A DNA stretch of 64,000 bases from positions 80,136 to 144,135 of the forward strand of contig DCMZ01000015.1 of NCBI GenBank assembly GCA_002321895.1. Reading direction: 5' to 3'. The notes below the pieces were generated by a model that saw nothing but the letters and a program-made list of their open reading frames with translations, had not been told where the DNA came from and did no database searches. The position numbers were made by a program, and so were the translations under genes. Positions 57,880-64,000 of the stretch are shown in pieces (positions within the stretch are counted from its first letter, which is position 1; every line of letters begins with the position of its first letter). The stretch comes from Bdellovibrionaceae bacterium UBA1609. Its GTDB lineage: Bacteria > Bdellovibrionota > Bdellovibrionia > Bdellovibrionales > UBA1609.

Positions 57880-60800
57880 GTGGGACGTGAGTTGAAACTT
57901 TATAGATTACTTTTTTTAACATTGTTTCTTTTGGGCTGTCAGAAAAACGCTCTTAACGGACTATTTGATGATATTTCTGATGAGGAAACACCGGTGGAGC
58001 CAGAAACTGGTTTTAAACTGGTGACCACTGAAGTGGTGTCTTCATTTAGTGTTACTCCCGCAAAGATTAGTACAAAGGATATCAGCCTCGAAGATGGAAA
58101 GATCATTCTTCAAAGCCCACAGGCTGCAGCTATAGATGGCGCTAACGCTAACTTTAACCTAGATTTAGACACTTGGACCATCGATAAAATGACCTGGGGA
58201 AGTGTGATTGGAAGTAGCAGTAGTTCTTCATTTTACTACAACTCCGTCGCAGATATTGCTGTGAATGTTCTCTCCGGTGGAAGCAATGGCGATACCCTGA
58301 TGTACATTTACGACTACAATACAAAGACGTTCTCAAACCTCATACCCGGAGTATCCACAAAAAGCCTGTATTATCTGGCAATGAAATCTGATGGAACTAA
58401 AGTGGTCTATCGGACCCCTAACGGTTTATTTATGGTAGACACCTCTACTAAAGCCATCACCACTCTTTCAAGTAATACAGATGATGAATCTTACGGTGAG
58501 GTAAAATTCACACCTGATGGGCAAAAGGTCGTGTTTTTCCGAGTGGGCCTAAATCCCACTCCCAATAACCTATTTGTTGTCGACATTGACGGTAGCAACC
58601 TGACCCAGCTGTCGAACTATACAGCAACAACCTTGTTTGCCGGTATTGAGACCTATGAAATCTCTCCGGATGGTTCCACGGTGGTCTACTATGGAGAGGT
58701 CAATTACTGGCCAGGTGTCAAAGAACTTTATCGAGTGGATATCGATGGTAGTAACAACCTTAGAGTGCATTCTAGTTTGGTCGGAACCAGCAAAGATATT
58801 ATGGGTGATATTTATATTGCTCCTGATAGCAGCTATTTTGTATTTTCTGGGGATATTACAACAGATACAGTTAATGAAGTTTATGCGGCAGACATCGATG
58901 GTTCAAACATGCGACGGCTCAACCCCACCTCGAATGCCAACCGGGATGCCAATGTGAGCACGGAGGATATATCAATTTCTTCTGACTCCACCCTCATTTA
59001 CTTCACAGGTGATTTTACAGTGGATGGTCGCGCCGATTGGTACTCATCCACTCCTGACGGAGCTACAGTTGTTAATCTCACTAATTTCCCCGCTGCGGGA
59101 ACATCTATTCAAAATAGGATTTTAACTTCGGATGAATCCACTTTAATTTCCGTAAGAAGTGTCTCTGGTGAAGTCAGACTTTTCACTACGAACTTAGGCA
59201 CTCGGGTTTCCACCGATATAACCGGCTCACTTGTGAGTGGTGGGGACGTAAGGACCTCATCTGCATGGGACTACACCTTTCTATCACCTGATGAAACACA
59301 AGTGTATTTTGCAGGTGACTTGGTTGTGGATGGACAAAACGATCTTTACAAAGTTCCCATTGGAGGAGGTTCTAGAACGACCCTTCGGTCTGGCACGGCT
59401 GGACTGAAACACGTCATTACCAATGATGGCACTAGAATCATTTCCATTGAAAACGAATGTGTTTCGGTACTCTCCTCTAATGGCACGGGACTTATTGACT
59501 ATGCCAACTTAGCCACAAATGAAACCGTACATAAATGCACCTATCTTCCCACCAAAGACAAAGTCTTGTTAATAAAAGATCTGGTTTCCGGAGCCAGACA
59601 GATGACCATTCATAATATCGATGGATCCGTCCATAAGGAAATCAGTGCTCCACTTTCTAAATCTTATACGCGCCTATCATTACAAATCTCTGATGATAAA
59701 ACCAAGATGGCCTATCTGGTTGACGGCCATATTTATGTAGCGGGAATGGATGGTTCCAACCCCATAAAGGTCAGTCAATATCCCCTATCTTCCTGGTCCA
59801 TATGGAGCGTCTTTAGTATCACTCTCACTGACCCTTCAGACATGTATAAATTTTCACCTGATGGGCAACATATTGCCTATATAGGTATAGATCTCTCCAC
59901 GGGTATCAGTAATTTGCATACTGTAAGAGTGGATGGAAGTTCACACAACACACTTACAACTCAAACCATTTATGAACAAATCAATGGGTTCAAGTTTTCG
60001 CCAGATGGAACAAAAATTGCGATTCTGGATGAAGAGGGTAACCCTGAAGTCAATGGCGGACGCCTTATATTTGTATCTGACATTGATGGTTCCAACCAGG
60101 TGCAGATCGCTCAAGACTATACAGATAGCACGAGATACATTTCCCACTATACGGAAAAAGACCCTTACCACTTCACCTCAGATAGCCAATATATAATATA
60201 TATTTCTCGTGGTGATTGGTGTTGTTCAGGTGCCGTGAGTATGGAAAATGTGTACGCTAATAAAGTGGATGGTTCGGACTACAGAGAAATAGGAAATGCA
60301 GCCAATAACTCATCTGAAATACTCATTCTCTCAGCGAGCAATACGGCCTTATACGCTCAAGGTGGAGTGTTAAATACTGTGGATGTCACAACCGGAACTA
60401 AGACGCCGCTGTCCACTGTTTGTAAACCCGGGTCTGCTGTGGAAATTCAAAGTCGTGGAGAAATTGCCTGTGAAAATGGTGGAGAGATATTTTTAGTAAA
60501 ACTGGATGGTAGCACTCACTCTTCAGTTCACACCGAAGAAGCTCTGTATAGCTCTTACACCTCCACTCCAATACCGTTTAAACTCTCATCCGATGAAAAG
60601 TACATCGTTTATGCAGCCTTCTTAGCGGCCTCCACTCAACAGTACAAAATTTTTAGCTATAATCTAGATACTGGTGTCAATAAAACCTTAAGCCCTACGC
60701 TCAAGGTAGGAAGCTTTCAATTTGAATACATTCCGAATCAACAAAGTATTATTTATTCAGGTCTCGACTGGAACGAGAACAAGGGCATTTTAAGAAAGAT

Positions 60801-61116
60801 TAATTTGGATGGAACCGGAGAGGTAATTATTGAAAGTTCTCTTGGAGATGTCATTCTCACGGATCAATTCCATTTCTCTCATACGGAAAACTATGTGATC
60901 TATCCTGTTATCAACACGCCCTTTGATGGCGTTCGAGTAAAAATATCCACTTACGACACTTCGGTGCAGGAATTCCTAAATGAAGGTGACCCGGTGGTCT
61001 TTTACAACTTCTATAGTGAAGATCACATCTTACTGGGCTCAGAATCTGGCGATGATTCAGATGCACATTATGTTCTTAAACGCACAACCATCGGTGACCC
61101 TACACCAGAACCGTAA
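57880..61116 (+). CDS. Giant TolB/PD40-like beta-propeller lipoprotein, tandem paralogue of the previous gene
   Basis: Lipobox LLGC; colinear with the 54406 protein end to end; sigma28-like TCCGATAA at 57834-57841. Confidence 0.8.
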   Translation: MGRELKLYRLLFLTLFLLGCQKNALNGLFDDISDEETPVEPETGFKLVTTEVVSSFSVTPAKISTKDISLEDGKIILQSPQAAAIDGANANFNLDLDTWTIDKMTWGSVIGSSSSSSFYYNSVADIAVNVLSGGSNGDTLMYIYDYNTKTFSNLIPGVSTKSLYYLAMKSDGTKVVYRTPNGLFMVDTSTKAITTLSSNTDDESYGEVKFTPDGQKVVFFRVGLNPTPNNLFVVDIDGSNLTQLSNYTATTLFAGIETYEISPDGSTVVYYGEVNYWPGVKELYRVDIDGSNNLRVHSSLVGTSKDIMGDIYIAPDSSYFVFSGDITTDTVNEVYAADIDGSNMRRLNPTSNANRDANVSTEDISISSDSTLIYFTGDFTVDGRADWYSSTPDGATVVNLTNFPAAGTSIQNRILTSDESTLISVRSVSGEVRLFTTNLGTRVSTDITGSLVSGGDVRTSSAWDYTFLSPDETQVYFAGDLVVDGQNDLYKVPIGGGSRTTLRSGTAGLKHVITNDGTRIISIENECVSVLSSNGTGLIDYANLATNETVHKCTYLPTKDKVLLIKDLVSGARQMTIHNIDGSVHKEISAPLSKSYTRLSLQISDDKTKMAYLVDGHIYVAGMDGSNPIKVSQYPLSSWSIWSVFSITLTDPSDMYKFSPDGQHIAYIGIDLSTGISNLHTVRVDGSSHNTLTTQTIYEQINGFKFSPDGTKIAILDEEGNPEVNGGRLIFVSDIDGSNQVQIAQDYTDSTRYISHYTEKDPYHFTSDSQYIIYISRGDWCCSGAVSMENVYANKVDGSDYREIGNAANNSSEILILSASNTALYAQGGVLNTVDVTTGTKTPLSTVCKPGSAVEIQSRGEIACENGGEIFLVKLDGSTHSSVHTEEALYSSYTSTPIPFKLSSDEKYIVYAAFLAASTQQYKIFSYNLDTGVNKTLSPTLKVGSFQFEYIPNQQSIIYSGLDWNENKGILRKINLDGTGEVIIESSLGDVILTDQFHFSHTENYVIYPVINTPFDGVRVKISTYDTSVQEFLNEGDPVVFYNFYSEDHILLGSESGDDSDAHYVLKRTTIGDPTPEP

Positions 61117-61142
61117 GGGCCATCGATATATACTTTATCCTG

Positions 61143-62645
61143 TTAAAGAAGAAATTCGATCAACCAAGCTGGTAAATAATAGAAAAACAGCTTACTGCGC
61201 TTCCCTAGCGTGACGTTTCCTTTGGAGGAAATCACGTTTCCTTCAGAGTCTAAAGCCGTTTTGCTATCTATAACGTCTAAACTTTTCTCCATTTGCGCCC
61301 GCATACTGCTTTCTAGCTCGGCCGTTAGTTCTCTATTTCCCTTACAGAAAATTCCCATCTCTGCGTTGTAAAAATCAGATCGGTTATCAATATTGTAAGT
61401 TCCAATAAATATCTCATCCTCGTCATAGACATGGGATTTACTGTGCACGCCAAAAATAGAAGATTGGGCTCTGTCCAATAAGGCCACGTCCTCCGTTTGA
61501 TCCCCAGAATGCAGATACATTTTAACACCTTGATCTAAGGTGTCTTTCAAACTCTTATACAACGCCGCTGACATAATCATGTGATCTGTAGTTGCCAGAG
61601 AGTTTGTAAACACCTCAACCGTTATATCCTCGTCGCGACTCAGCACTCGATTGATAACCCCTTCGGTTCTCTTATTTTGAATAAAGTAAGGTGTGGAAAT
61701 AAGAAGCCGGTCGTCCACATCCATGACTCTTTTATAGAGCTCTTTTCTTAAATGTTTAAAGTCATCCCGATAGGACGCTTCCTTCCTTTCTGAAAACTGA
61801 GCACCCGGCGAATCACTGACAAATACAATATCGTAACACTGATGAGTGGTAAGCTCATTGAATCTATGTCTCGTCTTACTCTCTATGGATTTCAATAATT
61901 CTAAATCAGATTCTGTTTCTTTAAAAAATCGACTGGCTTTTTTAATACCGCGCTTATACGCACGCAATTTACTTTTTGCATTTTGATCTTTACCCCGGAG
62001 TGTGGGTTTTACGGGATCTTTGGCTATAGAACTACGCTCATCATTCCAGAAAGCCATAAAACTTTCATAAACTTTATCTACAATTGGTCCCTCTAGTAAA
62101 ATGTCCCGATCGTCAAAGTTAAAGTCCTTGTCCATTCCGAAATATTCATTGGCAACATTGCGTCCCCCGGTGATCACTTTTCCTCCCACAAGAAACATCT
62201 TCCGATGATTTCTAAACTGAGCCGTAGAAAAAAATATTCCCGAAGAATTATAATACTTCGTTTCAATACCGTAAGTCTTTGCTTCAGCGGCAACAAAGCG
62301 ATTGAACTTGAAAGTCCCAAAAGCGGATCTATCAACAAGGATCTTTACATCAGCTCCCCGTTCCGAGGCTCGTGCTAACGCTTGGTTTAACAGGCGTCCC
62401 GCATCGTCTAATTCATAGATGAAGTACTCAACAGCAACCCGGTCATCCTTACCAGCGCTATTAATAAGATCCAATCGGGCTTGAAAGGAAGTCATTCCAT
62501 CCTCTAATAGTGTCATAGAATTATCCCCAGAGAGATCCCGTGCATAAAGAGCCTCAGGTATTGAGCTCACAGCGGTAGTTGTTGACTTCTCTTCAGCAAC
62601 AACCATTAAGGGCACCAATAGCAACGCAATGACGATATATTTCAT
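61143..62645 (-). CDS. Secreted phospholipase D-family protein (cardiolipin synthase ClsC-like)
   Basis: Signal peptide; NHRKMFLVG..ITGGRN and VHSKSHVYD..IGTYNID HKD-type motifs; GGAG RBS. Confidence 0.88.
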   Translation of the reverse strand: MKYIVIALLLVPLMVVAEEKSTTTAVSSIPEALYARDLSGDNSMTLLEDGMTSFQARLDLINSAGKDDRVAVEYFIYELDDAGRLLNQALARASERGADVKILVDRSAFGTFKFNRFVAAEAKTYGIETKYYNSSGIFFSTAQFRNHRKMFLVGGKVITGGRNVANEYFGMDKDFNFDDRDILLEGPIVDKVYESFMAFWNDERSSIAKDPVKPTLRGKDQNAKSKLRAYKRGIKKASRFFKETESDLELLKSIESKTRHRFNELTTHQCYDIVFVSDSPGAQFSERKEASYRDDFKHLRKELYKRVMDVDDRLLISTPYFIQNKRTEGVINRVLSRDEDITVEVFTNSLATTDHMIMSAALYKSLKDTLDQGVKMYLHSGDQTEDVALLDRAQSSIFGVHSKSHVYDEDEIFIGTYNIDNRSDFYNAEMGIFCKGNRELTAELESSMRAQMEKSLDVIDSKTALDSEGNVISSKGNVTLGKRSKLFFYYLPAWLIEFLL

Positions 62646-62948
62646 ATTATCTCCTTAGACCTCATAGATACCATATGTGGGAGAATTCTATGGGCCGAAA
62701 CCACCAACCCATCGTAGGTTCGTAAAAATGACATAATTTGTGAATACAGAGGTCCATTTGTGTCTACCCTTCCCTTCTGTCCTCCAGAAAATTGCTGGAA
62801 CGAAAATTGTCTTTAACCCGTACAGACCATTACCTTTTTTCAAGCACAATCAACATAAGTACCTGAAATCACATGTAGAAAGCTGGTATTAGATTTGCCT
62901 ATAGAAGGGTGTTTAAAGTCATCAATATTGAGAGGAAAGGTATTACCC

Positions 62949-64000
62949 ATGAAAACCCTAAGAATAGTAGCCATTTTGGCCGTGTGTTCCTTACTCACAG
63001 CTGCTTGCTCTAAAAGACAAGAGAAAGTCCAGTGTGAAAACCATGACGGCTTTGCCGTTGAACTACAAAACAACGCCCAACACAACTCCAAGCGAGAAGT
63101 GATTGTGGATATGGAAGTGATTCCATTAGATGATTCCGAAGAGACAAAAATGGCTCTTTTAGATCTAGCTGCTAGTAAAGTAGCTCCAGAGGAAATCGTA
63201 AAAAATCTAACAGCGGATGCCAACCCTGAAGCATTCCAGTTAAACGGTTTTGTATACGATTCTAATTCGAAAAAAATTATAACTAATGGAGCCAATGGTA
63301 AAGCCGACGCTGAAATCATTGCTCAATCTTGTCAATTGCTTACTACTAAAATGAATGGCTCTAAAGATATAGGTGTACAATCTGCCCTTGGAGAAGAAGT
63401 ATTCGTTGAAACTACAAGCAAAATGTTAACAAGCGAAGACGGTGTACAGATCACACAACGTTTCTCGAGCTCTAAAGGTAGCGTAACTATTGTTAAAATC
63501 GTTCGCTGGGGTGATAATCCAACTGAAAAAGAAACCGTAGCTGTGAGTTTAATAAAAGACCTATTAAGTATTAATGGTCGTCAAATGATCGCTACTGGGG
63601 ACCTTGCAAAAGCCATCGCAAAAGCTGAGGGAGAGGCAAAGGCCTTAAACCAAGGAATTGCTCGGCAAAAAGCAAATGGCAAAGTATTAGCTGAAGTAGA
63701 AGCAATGGTTGAGATTCCCGTAAGCCTACTTAGCTTATTAGCTACAGGTGACTATCAAAGTGCCCAAGGAAATTTTGAGCCTAAAAATCGACAAGCGATT
63801 GAACAAGAGAGACTTGATCGCGAAGCGGCTGAACAGGCAGAGCGTGAAAGACTCGCTCGCGAAGCGGCCGAACAAGCTGAACGTGAAAGACAAGCCCAAG
63901 AGGAACAGGAAAATGGTGGTGACCAACCTCCAACAGTGAACCCTGCCGACCCAGCTTGTTCTGAAGATGGTGTAGCTGATCAAACTTGCGAAGACGAAGA
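62949..64000 (+). CDS. Hypothetical lipoprotein (runs off the window edge; absent from the ORF track)
   Basis: Translated by hand: MKTLRIVAILAVCSLLTAAC-SKRQ..., AGGAAAGG RBS, open to 64000; tandem ERL(D/A)REAAEQAER charged-helix repeats near 63800-63900. Confidence 0.8.
   Translation, partial: MKTLRIVAILAVCSLLTAACSKRQEKVQCENHDGFAVELQNNAQHNSKREVIVDMEVIPLDDSEETKMALLDLAASKVAPEEIVKNLTADANPEAFQLNGFVYDSNSKKIITNGANGKADAEIIAQSCQLLTTKMNGSKDIGVQSALGEEVFVETTSKMLTSEDGVQITQRFSSSKGSVTIVKIVRWGDNPTEKETVAVSLIKDLLSINGRQMIATGDLAKAIAKAEGEAKALNQGIARQKANGKVLAEVEAMVEIPVSLLSLLATGDYQSAQGNFEPKNRQAIEQERLDREAAEQAERERLAREAAEQAERERQAQEEQENGGDQPPTVNPADPACSEDGVADQTCEDE

Noticed and set aside
54406-61116. Diversity-generating retroelement or cassette switching between the tandem propeller genes
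   Set aside because: No reverse transcriptase or recombinase nearby, and I saw no near-identical DNA repeat with adenine-specific differences; divergence includes many synonymous changes.
1-64000. CRISPR arrays, tRNA/rRNA genes, prophage or intact IS elements
   Set aside because: None seen by eye; intergenic gaps are short and show no regular repeat-spacer pattern or cloverleaf.

Overview
Chromosomal window from a Bdellovibrionota-like (probably predatory) bacterium; the taxon is inferred from gene order and protein style. From the left: a minus-strand flagellar basal-body/export operon (TPR protein, sigma54 activator, flgBC-fliEFGHIJ, motE/flbB-like gene, then fliK running off the edge) interrupted by two large adhesin-like lipoproteins; an mlaEFD-like operon with an M23 peptidase; core genes (dciA-like, trmFO, glmU-glmS, tsaC, purD, gcdH-like, thyA-folA); an NtrC-type two-component pair; two flagellins; a third adhesin paralogue, two tandem giant beta-propeller lipoproteins and a secreted PLD. 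No rRNA, tRNA, CRISPR or intact mobile element was seen. The best candidate for an undescribed system is a set of five large lipoproteins from two unrelated fold families. All lie at flagellar loci behind sigma28 (FliA)-type promoters (three look leaderless), four have a TCA-N3-TGAGAC-like operator upstream, and all carry the same post-lipobox motif C-x(4-5)-[LI]-[STN]-G-x-hydrophobic, a possible surface-export signal. Other leads: two secreted enzymes (a JAB/MPN protease and an alpha/beta hydrolase) sharing an N-terminal C-x2-L-F tag; an unannotated 31-aa hydrophobic peptide inside a highly structured RNA after the second flagellin; a catalytically dead Y1/RAYT-like transposase domain; and a readable sigma70/sigma54/sigma28/CsrA regulatory cascade.
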